From assembly GCA_904063045.1 (NCBI GenBank), contig CAJFCJ010000001.1, positions 2,728,001 to 2,792,000 on the forward strand: 64,000 nt of DNA. Reading direction: 5' to 3'. Source of the stretch: Dimorphilus gyrociliatus (taxonomy: Eukaryota; Animalia; Annelida). How positions within the stretch are numbered: the stretch's first letter is position 1; the number at the start of each line of letters is the position of its first letter. This document shows, in pieces, positions 40,375 to 56,485 of the stretch. The notes beneath the pieces are model-generated. The model made no database searches. It was not told the DNA's origin and saw only the letters and a program-made list of their open reading frames with translations. Made by a program: the position numbers and the translations under genes.

Positions 40375-42010
40375 TTTTAGAAGGGTTCAAAATTACAAAA
40401 CGATTTTTGTTGTATTGAAGGAAAAACATTTGCGACTTTTGATAAAAAAAGATGAATAAAAGACTTGAAATAGTGTAAAGTATATTCATAACATTCTCGT
40501 CGTTTGATTTTTTTTTTTTTTTTGCATTTCTTTTCTATTGAAAAAAAACATATCTTTTACAAAATTGCCAAACTTGTCTTATTTTCTATTTTGGTTATAC
40601 CTACAAACATTGTAAGCCATACACTGTTTATGTATTTATAAAATAAGACTAGATGCGTGCTTAGATCTTGCTTTCATTTATACGCTATTATGAGCTGGTA
40701 AAGATGCGACGGAAATGATCTAGAAAAAGCTATCTACTGTAATAACTATATCTAGACTTTCACCGCACCTTACGTGCAAAGGAATAGTTGCACGATTTAT
40801 CTGCAGAAATAAATGTAGGTCATCTATTAAACATAATAATTTATTTGATAGCAGAAGAATAAAAAATACCTATATTCCTTTCAACTAAGTTAATCTCAAC
40901 AATATAAAGCACTAATTGATGAGAAGCTAATCTGGGGAAAAAACTGCATTATGCATACACAAGAGCAATACAACAGCACGAAAACAAAAGCGCATACCAA
41001 CCTTTTACGATAGATTATATAGAACTAAAAGAAAGGTTAATTCAAGAAGAAAGAGATGTCATTGCCAATACACAATCAGTTGAGGATTATCTTTAACATG
41101 TATACTACTTTTTACTGCTTTCCAATGAAAAGTTCCCTACTCTTTTCCCTTGATTTTCCGCAACCCCTTTCATGTCTATTTCTTTTAAACCCGTTAGATA
41201 AAAGAAATAACTAGTTAATTAATTAAAAAAGTTAATAAACCTTTCCTTTCTTTCTATTGTAGCAAACAATCAGCAAACAGTATACAACGTAAAAGATAAT
41301 TTCAGATCATGAGGATATACATGCATACAGTTTATCCTGTATATATGCATCCATATATACCATTACATTATGAGTAGCCCTATACAATTCTTAAGCAAAT
41401 GTTTCTTATGATAAAACTCCACGCAAGAAATCGACACCGGAAATAAAGAACAAGATATATATTTTAGTATATATGTCCTTATACATATCAAGTCACTTTT
41501 ATATAAATAATAAATTGATTAAAAAAGAAATTGTAGATAAAAAAATAGGCACAACTGAATAAAAAACAAAAATATGAGATATCAAAGAAGGAAAGAGGAG
41601 AAAGTCAATAGAGAAATCAAAATATAAAGGGAAATACAGTAGTAATGTTAGAAGAGGAAGAAGAGATTTCACTCATTTCATCTTCTCTAAATATTCAAAC
41701 TTTTAACAAATCCGATTGAACTTTCAAAGTATTTATTAATTATTAAAATAATTAGTATTTCTTTTTTTTTAAAAAGAAAGAGAAAAAAATAAATAAAATC
41801 CCTAGAATGTTCTATTTCTTTTTGTACTACATAATAATCTTATTATTTCAACTCATTCATTTTTATCTTTTCTCTCCCTTTTTAGGTAATAATTAAGAAA
41901 TCTAGTTCATTTTTTATGTCCTAAAAAATTAAGCTAAAGGCAAACGATTGCTTCTTTTTTTCTCTTTTTAAAAAAGAAATAGAAGAATTAAAAGAAAAAG
42001 AGAATTAGAC

Positions 42011-42011
42011 G

Positions 42012-42043
<32 letters not shown>

Positions 42044-42097
42044 GAAGAAGAAGAAGTAGAAGAAGTAGTAGAAGAAGAATTAGAAGTAGAAGAAGAA
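42011..42097. repeat. (GAA)n degenerate trinucleotide repeat just 3' of the AChBP-like gene
   Basis: Long gaa/gta run. Confidence 0.9.
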
Positions 42098-42119
42098 AAA
42101 ATTGAAAGAATACACTTAA

Positions 42120-44018
42120 TTACCTAAATAAGAAACTGCAAAATACTAAAAGCAAACAGGAGACTGAATAAGTAAATTCAGATGAACTATTGTCGTCCTT
42201 ATTATTAATAATAATATTCTTTGAAATCTTCATATTGACCGTTTTCGCTCCTATATTTCTATCATCTTCGTTCTTTACAATTGAAACGTGAGCAACCTCG
42301 AATTTTTGCGAGGCTCCAAACATTTTAATATTGACTTTTGTTTCTCCTAGACCGTATACCATGTAACGGAAGAAGCAGCTAATCGATTCGCCAGATGGCG
42401 TATTATTCCTACAAGGTAAAGTTGTTCGAAAGCCTTCTTCCATCATAAAAGTTCCAGTACTATATACTTGAACGACATCCGATTTATGAATAGATTCATA
42501 GTTTTCGTTAGGATTGAATAGATAAATACTCGGTGTCCATATATCTGTTTTCCTCATAGATGCATTCTCAATAGTCTTACTATCATTACTAGGGGCCCAT
42601 TTTCTTGTTGAATCGTTCCAAGACTGCCAAATATTTTTACATTAAACAAACATAACATTTAAGTTCTTTTTACTATCTCCCTTTGGTTATATTTTAAATA
42701 TACCAATAGATAATTAATTATATAGGTTAGTATATTACTTAGTAATGTTTTGTATATATGCATATGTATATTAATGTACTTTTTTAAACTTCATACATTG
42801 ATCGCCAGGGGGCGTTCTGGTGAAAGAATTTCTATATAACTTTTTATATAAATAAGTAATAGATAAAGGATGGAGAAAACTTTTTAGTTTGAAGAAAAAA
42901 AAAGAAAACTTACAATTTCTTGCCAAACAAGAAGAGAAAGTTTGCTAAAATCTTCTGTAAACTTCCAATTTCCTTCGTCGAGTTTTAAAACAATTTCACC
43001 GATAACGTTTACGTTAGGCGCCAGTTTGTTTAAGTAGCCTCGCTCAAAAACTTCCGTAAACGAACGCAAATCCATGCGAGAAAGCCTGAAGGGTTGAAAA
43101 GTTTTCTATAATTAAAGCCTATCATTCCAGAGGGGGAGAGGGAGAGAGCAAGATACGAATCGGTTCTTTTCACTTTTTCTCAGTTGGGCCTACTCGATCA
43201 AATTTTATGGCAAAGTAGGAAAATACTATCTATATGTTTTTTTAAGAGCATTTATCGGGTGATTAATTGTCGAGAAGGCGTGGCCAAAAGTATTCATTTT
43301 TATGTTAGTCGCTGATATATGTATACATATATATGCTCATTAATGTGTCGTTTATCGTCTAAACAAGTATTTAATCATCATATTAGAGTGTTATATACTG
43401 TAAAAAGGTCGATTTATTTTAAAGTTACTCTCAAAGTGAAAGTAGAAAAACATAGCTATTTAAACTACTTGATTGATTTTACAGAAGAACATTTTCTACG
43501 ATAAAACCAAACAGAAAATTACTATAATAATATATAGATAAAAATATGTATATATCTTGATTACATCTAAAAACAAACCCGTATAAATTAACCTATATTC
43601 TCTCTTTACGATTCCCATCTCATCTCTTCTTCCTTCTCTCTCTTTCTCTCTCTCTTTCTCTTTTTTTTGTTTTCTCGTATTCTTTTACTCCTAATCTTCT
43701 ACGTCTAATTTTTTTTATTGCCTTCATGCTTAACGCCTACTTAAACGCTTTAGGAAAAATGAAATAATATAAAGAAAATTTTCCGAATTCTTGTATCCTT
43801 TTGGCTAAATATCAACATATTTAGAATAGAAACAACTATTTCTCGGTTAATGAACGAAAAACGGGTTAAAAAGGTGGAAATTTTTTTTAATAACCTTATT
43901 AAACCATATAACTAATTAAATGTAATTTATTACTTTATTAACTTAATTGTAATGAGACTTACTTAACGCCAAAGACAGTGAATAGGAAGAAAATGGTAGC
44001 TAATCTCGTACAGATCAT
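42120..44018 (-). CDS. Stand-alone Cys-loop receptor ligand-binding-domain protein (AChBP-like, 243 aa) with signal peptide and hydrophobic C-terminal tail
   Basis: Exons 44018-43963 (MICTRLATIFFLFTVFGV), 43085-42914 and 42623-42120; phases 2 and 0 match. LLVWQEI|SWNDSTRKW and IWTPSIYLFN correspond to the WxxxxWxD and IWxPDIxLYN LBD motifs, followed by C-x11-C. No TM1-4. Confidence 0.8.
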
Positions 44019-45287
44019 TCTTCACCCTTGAAATAATCCAGTCTCTACTGATAGCTTGAGTGGATGTTGAATAAATGCGCACCATACGGCCCCGCCAAAC
44101 TAGAGAAAATGCCGGCAAAAGTCACTATATATTTTTTTCTCGTTTTGTTTGTAGAGTTTGTGGAATTAGGTGTATACAAACTCGATCGGCTACTTTGCCC
44201 GAAAGTGATTTACGATCGCTATCGGCTAACTAGTACATGCTGTATAAATTAACTCGTTACTTGTACCGGCTTAAGATTAAGCCTATTTTGTAAACAGTAA
44301 ATGCTTTTTTACCTTTTTTCTTATAACTATCCAAACGCCTAGTTCGTTCGCTCACTCACTCTATCTTTCTCTTGAGCGCCTGCTCCCCCCCCCCTTCTCC
44401 CTTGTTCTCCTTCTATCATCTATCAGACCATTCTATACTTCCCTTCTCTTTACCTTTCTCCTCAATCAGTTGGCTGCTTTCCTTCATCTGCATCATTTCA
44501 CCAGTCAAACTTTTCCTTCCACCCCTAGTTTTTTTTTCTCTTTCACTTTCTTTTCTTTAGCTCGCCTCCCCCCGCTTCCACCCCCCTCCCCCGACTCTCC
44601 CCTCACCCCGTCTAAATATATCCTAATCTCAGGTCATTCTCAAAGTAGTACGGACGTTTTCTAAAAAAAGATGCTTCATAGAAATAACAGATATGATATA
44701 TGCCTATGTTATTGCATATCAGTTAGATATGAATTACCCTCTCATAGGCCTGGGTATTTTTCCTGTATAGATTTACTTGACTCCATCAAATAATTTGAGT
44801 CGGTAGAAAACACCCGAGAGAATTTAAATTTATAGGCATAACAAAAAAAAATAGTCTGCTAGTTACGCCATTTGCTTATTTTATTTATTCTTTAACGGTC
44901 TATTTCTTTGATCTAAGTATAACTTATCCCATTGATATTACACATGGCGCTGAATGTTTTTATAGTTGCATTTTATTTTTTAAACGTAGCAAATATTCCA
45001 TTAAAAATAAACAACGTAGTATATAAAAGTTATTTTTTTTAAATAATTTAATTAAATTTTATAATCCACGTGTTTCTTATCAGAGAATTAAAAAAAAAGA
45101 AAAGAAAAAGATGAAAATAAACTACCTAAATCGCGCAAACCTAACCTTTCAAACTTAGTTCTCAGGCTGTTTTCCGATAGAATTCGAAAACTTTCACCTT
45201 TCGAAATTTTACCGCCAAATATTTTTCAACGTCAGCTTGTAAATATTCTTTTTATTCTCTTTCCGCTTCCGGTTAAAGCAGAAAAAT

Positions 45288-46403
45288 ATGACGAATGCAA
45301 AAAAAGTCACAGATTTTGATGCATTTCTATCAAATTATGATACTACAACATTAGCAATTGCTGCAACATTTATTTTAGGAATTATAACAGGTTATTCATT
45401 TTATAAGTTTCTATTGTGTTTATATTTTCCACCAAACGACATATGTTTTCATGAGCGATGTTAAATAATTGTTCGCAACTTGACAGTGTTAATATTCTTC
45501 ATAAAAAGATCCACTGGTTCTGGAAATAGTATTTTATTTATGGGAATTAATAATGCTGGAAAAACAGCAATTTTCTTAAATGTAAGTTAAAAATATTTAT
45601 CTAATACTAAAGAAAATTTTCATTTTATATATTTACAAATATAAATTTCTATTGTAGCTCATAAAGTCAGAGAATCGTCTTACTATAACATCGATGAAGC
45701 AGAATGAAGGAACTGTTCAAGTAGGAGGAAAAGTAATTATTTTAAACAAAGAAAAAACACTTTTATTACCTGATAAATTCATTAATTATTTTCTTTTTTA
45801 TTCTTGCGTAGAGCTTGAAAATAATTGATCTGCCAGGAAATGAAAGAATAAGAAAACAATATATGGACCAATTTAAAAAGAGCGTTAAAGCCGTTTTTTT
45901 TGTTGTTGATAGTTTTACATTGCCAAAAGAAGTTAAAGATGTTGCTGAGTAATGAAACCTATTAAATTAGGATTAAACTCTAATACTAATCTATTTAACA
46001 GGCTTTTGTATGATATTCTTATCGATGGAACGTTAACAAAATATTCTCCAACAATAGTAATTGTATGTAACAAGCAAGACCATGCTATGGCTAAAAGTTC
46101 TTCAGTTATTAAGAATCTTCTTCAAAAAGAACTGTAAAGTTTTTCTTTTTTGTGTTTAGTAATTGTAATGTATAAATAATCAATTTAAACAATTATCTTA
46201 GCAACACCCTACGTACAACGAGAGCTGCTGCCTTAGATTCGATTGATCAAAATGAAAAGGTAAACCTTCTTGGAAAGAAGAACAAGGATTTTGAATTTTC
46301 GGATTTGAAGTTTAAAGTTGAATTTATTGAAAGCACAATAAAAGATAACGATGGTAAAAGCGGTTTAAGCTCCGTTACTGATTGGTTAGAAAAGGTCGCA
46401 TGA
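45288..46403 (+). CDS. SRPRB: Signal recognition particle receptor subunit beta
   Basis: Six short exons. N-terminal TM segment, P-loop GINNAGKT, IIDLPGNERIR, VFFVVDS, NKQD and ELNTLRTTR. Confidence 0.92.
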
Positions 46404-47471
46404 TCCAACTATATAATATTATGAAATATATGGAAAAAAAATATCAACAGACAAAATGTAATTGGAAAAACCTGGAAAAGTAAATCTTTTCGGTATATGA
46501 AAAGAAGAAAGAAAAATATGTTACGTGTTATGGTTAATTATAAGTTATGAATACATCCTTTCTTTGAAGCTTATTTTTTTTATTATCTTTTGTTTAGACT
46601 TTTTGCTTGAAAGCCACTTGGCTGGATAAAAAAAAACCTCATTAAACGTTATTAAGTACGTAAAAACAATGAAATGTAACATCTTCCTAACAGATGCAAT
46701 ATTCTATTTTCATCTTAAGTGCTAAATTAAGACTTTTGCTTAAGCCTCTTACTATAACTAATATTAATTAAAATAGTTGTCACGCTTCAGATGAGAAAAA
46801 CATTATAAATTGATTTCTATATTACGTAAGTATTTACCCTCTCCATTTCTAGATTGAAGAGTACCTACAGAAACTTCAATTTAAACTATATATACTATTC
46901 ATATATATATATATATATAAATGTATATATTAATTGAGTTGAAGAACCTTCTCGTTTTAATCCTTTAATTTTCTCCTTCTATAGTTTAAAAATAAAGTGG
47001 GTTATTCTACGTATTTCTTACACTGCACTCTTATTATTAATAATACATTAGAATACAAAATAAGAAATTTAAGGTAAGTATAATAGAAGCAAAGTAAAAC
47101 ATCTTTAAAAAAATTACATGATTATATATCATTTTAATAGAAGTATAATAATGAAAGGAATATTTTCTGATGGTATTTTAGCATCATTCAACCTATATAT
47201 ATGCTTTTATTCGAGTTTCGCAAACAGATGATAACATTGGTTTATCAACACCTCTTTCCACTTGGTGGGAAAATTTACTGTTAATATTCTATTCGTAAAA
47301 TCTTCTCCACCCATCTAAATTCTTTCAGTTTGAACCAACAATCTTTTCAATGTTAACAGTATATAGATTTACATTTAGATCACGTAAAGGTTCTAGTTGT
47401 TATTTAAATATATCTCATTACAAACTTTTGACTATTAAATACAGAATACGATATAAAAGATTTTTTTGTGT

Positions 47472-50168
47472 CTATTTTCCTCCCCTCATTAGGTCAGTTA
47501 ATATTCGATTAACCATTTTAGGATTTAACTTTCCACCACCTTCCTTCATAATTGATCCAATTAGAGCATTTTTAGCCTTTTTCTTTCCACTTCGATAAGC
47601 ATTTACCTGTACGGAATAGTTAAAGATATTTATAGTTTTTTTAACGATTATATAGGTCATTACATACAATATCCTTATTATTTTTAATGGCATTTATACA
47701 TATTTCTTCTATACGGTTCGAATCATTTTCCTGCCATAAATTAAGGTTGTTTACTGCTTCGGTAGTAGTCAAATCTTGGACGTTAAACAATTCGCTAATA
47801 ATCTATTACAACAAACATAGAAAGACTGAGAAACTCTAGAGTTAGACATTAATTTATGCTTTTAAAAAACTTATTTACAGATTGAGCGGCGGTCTTAGAT
47901 ATTTTTTCACTTTCTAGTAGATTAACTATTTCGGCAATATTGGAGGGTTGTATAGGGCTAATGAGATAATGCAATAATGTTCTAAATATAGCTAATTTCG
48001 TTCAAATTATTGGATAAACTATTCACCATTCTGCAAAGGTTAAATTTCTCGAGTTAAGTTCTCCAAGTACATTATTAACTAAAAGATTATAAATCATCAT
48101 CACTCTCTTCTTTATCTTATCAGTCAAGAAATTGACCGAATTTTCAAAGTATTCCCGTAATCCTTCTTCATTCTATAAGGTTTTTTATTTGAATACTTGG
48201 AATAGTATATTAGGAGTCTAAGAACGAAATAATTTATCATACCAGAAGAATGGAGGTTTGTAGCAACGATAAATCAAATCGTTCTCGTAAACTTTCTCGA
48301 ATCTTTTTTGGTAAAGCTGGTAATGATTTCCGAATAGTATCCACATTAATTATCTGAAAGGGGTAAACCTTAATTTTATCCAATTTCCCTTTGATTTGAT
48401 TAGCGTTTCAATATCTTTAAAATGTATTTTTAGCTATATTTCCGTTCCCAAATTTAACCCTTCCCTCTATCTTTAAGTGAAATAGATGGCGTTATCTACC
48501 GAACATATATGGTAATGTTTTCTCTCTCACTTTCTCACGATAATAGTGGAGGGTACCTGATCCGAATCGGAATTCGGAGGGGGTGGATGAAGGTCATCAT
48601 AAATCCTAAGAGGGGGTAGGTTAAGTTCCGGCATAAATCTATAATCTTGAAGTTTCTCTTTATCTCTCATTTCAACAGTTTCGCTTTGTAAGAAGAGTTT
48701 AAAAAAGGATAGCGAATAATCATGTAAATTTAATTAGAGAACATACTTATTTTCCGAATCAAAACTTCTAGTTTCATTTTCTATCTCCATTCCTTTTTCA
48801 ATTAATTTCAATTGTCTCTTTATTTCAAAACCTAATTAAATTAATTTATTTATTATAATTCTTTGTCCATTGATTAATTACTTATGGCCCTTGCAACATT
48901 CTTAGGACTACTTATATTCTTAATTTCTGTTCGAGTACCAAGCGGGGTTCCTGGTTTGTGCACGGAAATATTTGCATCAACCCTGAGAGATCCACCTAAA
49001 TAAGATATTAAATAAACAGAGAAAAAAAGAAAACTTGTAATATAATTAAGAATGCTATTTTAGGCGGAGAATAGAATAAGCTCTTACGATCCATTCTTCC
49101 ATCGGAGGCGCCTATTATTCTTAATACGCTTTGTAGTTCTCTTACAAATGATGCAGCCTCAAGTCCTGATTGAAAATCCGGCTCTGTGATAATTTCCAAT
49201 AAACCGATACCTTTTTTTTTAAATAGAAATGAAGGAGAACCAAGCAGATTTAATAAAGAGTGTTAACTAATTTATTTTTTAATTTACCAGCTCGATTTAG
49301 GTCAATAAAAGTTTTTCGATTATCTAAATCATGTATGCTTCTACCAGAATCTTGTTCCAGTTGAATTCTTGTGATTTTTGCTTGTTTAACATTAACTTTG
49401 TTGTTTTCCACAACTAGATACTCTAATTTTCCATCTTCAGCTATAGGTTCCCAATATTGAGTAATTTGGTAGCCAGCCTTTTAAAAAAAATACGGCTTTT
49501 AGCTATTTTGATAATAAATTGAGCGGGAAATCTAAAATTTTCACTTTACCGGTAAATCGGCATAAAAGTAATGTTTTCTATCAAATTTTGACACCCTATT
49601 AATCTTGCATTTCAAAGCAGAAGCTGTTAGAACAGCTACTTCTACACATCTTCTATTTAGAATCTGAAAATGTTCTTCTATTAATAATTAAACTTCTTTT
49701 CAATGTATGAACAGTTGTCTTTCAATTCGTCTGTTTTTTTTTAAAGGCATCCACCCTCTTCTTACCCACAGGCGTTCCTAAGTCTAATTTTAGAATTTTA
49801 TACGGACTACTTTATAGTCGGTAAACAAACCGGTAAAGTTCCTGGCAATGAAGCGTCTAAAGGAGCGACTTGATTATTTGTTAGACCGAAAAATTCTGTG
49901 CTCGCACCAGAAAATAATTTGGTTTTTGAGTTAATTTGTGCGTGAACCTCCAATCCGATCACTCCAACATAGCCCCTAAGTGTATGTATAGGTTATTAAC
50001 ATAATATCGCTCAAGACGGCGTGTTCTAAGTCAAATAAAAATTAGCAATAAAATTAAATTTACAAACTTGGATTTTGGGATTTGGGAGTATAACCTTCTA
50101 TTATTATAATACAGTAACGGAAGACGATATCTTGTTAGGGTTATAATTGAGCAAAGCCTATTCTTCAT
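47472..50168 (-). CDS. GATB: Mitochondrial glutamyl-tRNA(Gln) amidotransferase subunit B (PET112)
   Basis: Presequence-like [17 protein letters not shown], then [63 protein letters not shown] and DYRFMPE. Confidence 0.95.
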
Positions 50169-50339
50169 GCTTTTTTTGGACACTGTAAATTTTTACCAGA
50201 TTCACAATTGATTCTATTTTCATCAAGTGAAAAAGTTATGAAACATACTTTCATATATGATATATTTAATAATTTTATTTTCAAGTTTACAAATAACGTA
50301 CAAATTTACATTTTGAATATGTTTTACTTTTTAAGGACT

Positions 50340-53053
<2,714 letters not shown>

Positions 53054-53805
53054 TGCAAGTATATTAACTTTAAGAAATAATTACAAAATTGAATATTTAA
53101 CGAATTTTCTCATTAGACATTCTTAGTAATAGTTCCATTAAAAAATATCCAAAGATTTATTGGGAAAACGAAAATAAAATTCACGCTGAAAGTAGAAAGA
53201 ACGATAATTGGTTGACCGAATGAAAATCGAAATCGATATTTGAAAAGAATCATATCGTATCGCGTACTATCGATTTGGACTTTTATTCGAAAACTTTCCA
53301 CAAAAACAAACTTTTACCTTATAAAGTCCTAAGTTTAACACTATCGATTCAAAAGTCCAATGCATAGTTAATAATCAAAACAAAATATGTATTTCTTAAA
53401 ATAACGTTACGTTTATCAATGTCTCTTTTCTTGTTAGTTAAAAAAAAAATAAATATCAAATATTATGTTGATAAAACAATACAGTAGTTTTGTGGTAAAA
53501 AGTAACTTTACTTTACCATCTGATTAATTAAAATTAAGTTTGATTGTCGCTTAAATTACCTCTCTTCTTACAAAAGAAAAATCAGTTGATTTGTTGAATA
53601 GACTTTGCCATTTGTTTCAACACTTGCAGATCTCTATAATTATTAATAAATTAATATTATTCTTCTACAACTGAAATTATTTTCTCTTAGTATTTGATTT
53701 GTTATTGGTAAAGCGGCTATTTTAATATATCTCTAAATACGTGTCTCTATAAATATTATGATTAAGTCTATAGAATTTATTCATCTAGTGAAGCGGTCGA
53801 AAAAT

Positions 53806-55534
53806 TTACAATGGCAACTCAAATTTTACATCGACTGCTGCTTCTTTAGCCAATGCGACAATATCGGATAAACGTACAACCTGTTTAAAATAAAGAGTTA
53901 ATTAGTAATTTAAGATATAAGTCTTTTATAAGATTTTTAAAAGAGAAAAAAATACATCGCAAAATGATTTATTACCATTTTAGCGGCGTCATCCAAATTA
54001 TCACAAGACAAGATTCGAAGGCCAGAAGCGGCTATGAGAGCTTTGGCATCTTCTACTCTGGTACCCTGAAGTCGAACAACTACGGGTATATTCAGATTTA
54101 AGGTTTGAGCAGCATCAATAATTCCCTTAGCAATTACGTCACATCTCATTATTCCTCCAAAGATATTCACTAAAATTGCCTTCACTCTAGTTTTATCACT
54201 GGTTATTAGTCTGAAAGCTTCGGTAACCTGCTCGGCCGTAGCTCCACCTCCCAGATCCAGGAAATTTGCAGGAGAGCCTCCATGCAATTTGATAATATCC
54301 ATGGTGGACATTGCTAAACCAGCACCATTAACTAGACAACCAACGCTTCCATCCAGACCAATGTAATTTAAACCAGCTTTGCTGGCAACTTCTTCACGTG
54401 GATCTTCTTGTGACCAATCGCGAAGTTTATGAATTTCTTTCTGCCGATATGCTGCATTGTCATCAAAGTTTATTTTACAGTCCATACAGTAGACTTTTCC
54501 AGTGGCATCCTCAGCCATAGGATTGATTTCAATTAGAGTAGCATCGTAATTGATAAATACGTTATACAGCTTTTCGATATAATCTGCAGCTTGGACAGCT
54601 TGGTTGCCAGTAAATCCCATGGCTTCAGCCACCCTTTCGGCTTGCTCCTTCTTTATTCCTGTATTAATATCTACAGGTTCTGTGACAATACTTTCTGGAC
54701 TTTCTTTCGCAACTTCCTCGATATCCATTCCTCCTTGAGAACTTGCTAGCAGCACAGGGCCCTGCAAGGAAAGAAAATATGTAATAGTTATATAAAAATA
54801 AAAGAATGATGATTACAGCATGTTTTCTGTCCATGGTAATAGCAAAGTAGTATTCTCTTCTCGAATAGAGTCTTTCGCACACCATAACTTTGTTGACAAT
54901 ACGACCAAGCTCCCCAGTTTGTTTCGTAAATATTTTATGGCCAATCATTTTGGATGCTACCTCCTCTGCCTCTTTTTCGCTAATTTCAATAAATATGATA
55001 ATTTTAATTAATAAAATTTCTTATAACAAACTAATGAATTGTTTACTTGAAAACTATTTTCACTCCTCCTTTTAAACCGCTGTCAAAGCTACCTTTTCCT
55101 CTTCCACCAGCCAAAACTTGAGCCTTAAGTACAACATCCTTAGTCCCAGTTATTTCACCTTTGGAATTAGAAAATAATATTTGAACAGAAATTGTACAAC
55201 GTTTGGGACGAACCATATTTTTTAGCAATTTTATTCACTTCGTTGGCACTTTCAGCAACTTTGTATTTGGGAACAGAAATGCCATTTTCCATAAGCAGAT
55301 TCATGGCAGAATATTCGTGAATATTCAAATTTCTTCGCTGATTGACAGTCTGGTTTTTCACACTGACGGCCTGTCATAAAAAGCGGAAAGACAGCGTTAT
55401 CATGCATTTTTTCTAACAAAATGATTTAATACATTTTGTTGAAATTATTAAGATTGTCATACTTTCAGTAAGTTTCCAATTGCACATTTTTCATGAGACA
55501 TAAAATTTCTCGCCCGTGTTATTATGGACGCCAT
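53806..55534 (-). CDS. SUCLA2: Succinyl-CoA ligase [ADP-forming] beta subunit, mitochondrial
   Basis: [53 protein letters not shown] and [11 protein letters not shown]-terminus [24 protein letters not shown] fits the ADP-forming paralogue. Confidence 0.93.
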
Positions 55535-56485
55535 CTTTATTTTCGACCTTGTCGTATGGTTGGGCAAATTGTGGACTTAAAGTGGCAAAAAGCTATATAC
55601 ATCTTTATATACTAAATTTGATTATTTTTTATCTACAAATGGGAAAGTCTACTTTTTTCTGATAATTTGATAAATTCGAAAAATTCAATGAATCTTTGCT
55701 CTGTTCTTTCCGGTCAGAGTTTTTAGCGGGAAAATTATAAAAATATATTTTATTTTTATTTCTTATCTCTAATCCTTAATAATAATGATAAATATTCATA
55801 ACAAACCTTACAAGAGATTAGACTTTGATAGATTTCGTAGTAAAAAACTGGCATACAAAGGTCATGAGTAACAATTTCTCTACCTTGGTTTATTGTTTTC
55901 TTACATAAGCACGAAAGAAATACTAGAAATTAAGTAATACAAGGCGTTTAGTGACTAATTCCTAATTGCATTACATTTAACGAAAAAATCAACTATAGTA
56001 TAACTACCTTTAAGATATGTGATGTGAAGATACAGAGTACATAGTACACATTTCTAAATATAATTAAATTTACATTTATTTTAAAACAATAACATTACAC
56101 GAGACAATAAGATAGTTAATAAGTGATATTTATAAGAAGTATATAGATACATTATGCCATGATTATGTGATATTTATTTCTTATAAGTTTAAAATAACCA
56201 ATTTGAATTAAAAGTAAATAGGAATATTTTATATTCTTAATCTTGTTAAAATAGTTCAACTTTAAAAATTGCTATAATGTAATGTATAATATACAATATA
56301 TAGTTTAGAAAGATATAAATAAATATATATGCTGTATATATGTATATATATATATAAGACAATGTGTAAATGGAAATAAATTGAGCAGGAAAAGACATGT
56401 TTAAGAAATATACGAGTATCTGCTCATTATCAGTCTTTTTCTCTTTCTTTCTCTTTCTTGCTTGCTATTCCTCTTTTTGTTTTCT

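Noticed and set aside
40680-40830. Short hairpins and CTAG motifs suggesting a Helitron/MITE end
   Set aside because: The stems are short and AT-rich, and no second copy or target-site signature was seen in the window.
44064-44252. Plus-strand ORF with a hydrophobic, signal-like stretch
   Set aside because: It is antisense to the 5' region of the AChBP-like gene, and no downstream plus-strand exons were found before SRPRB.
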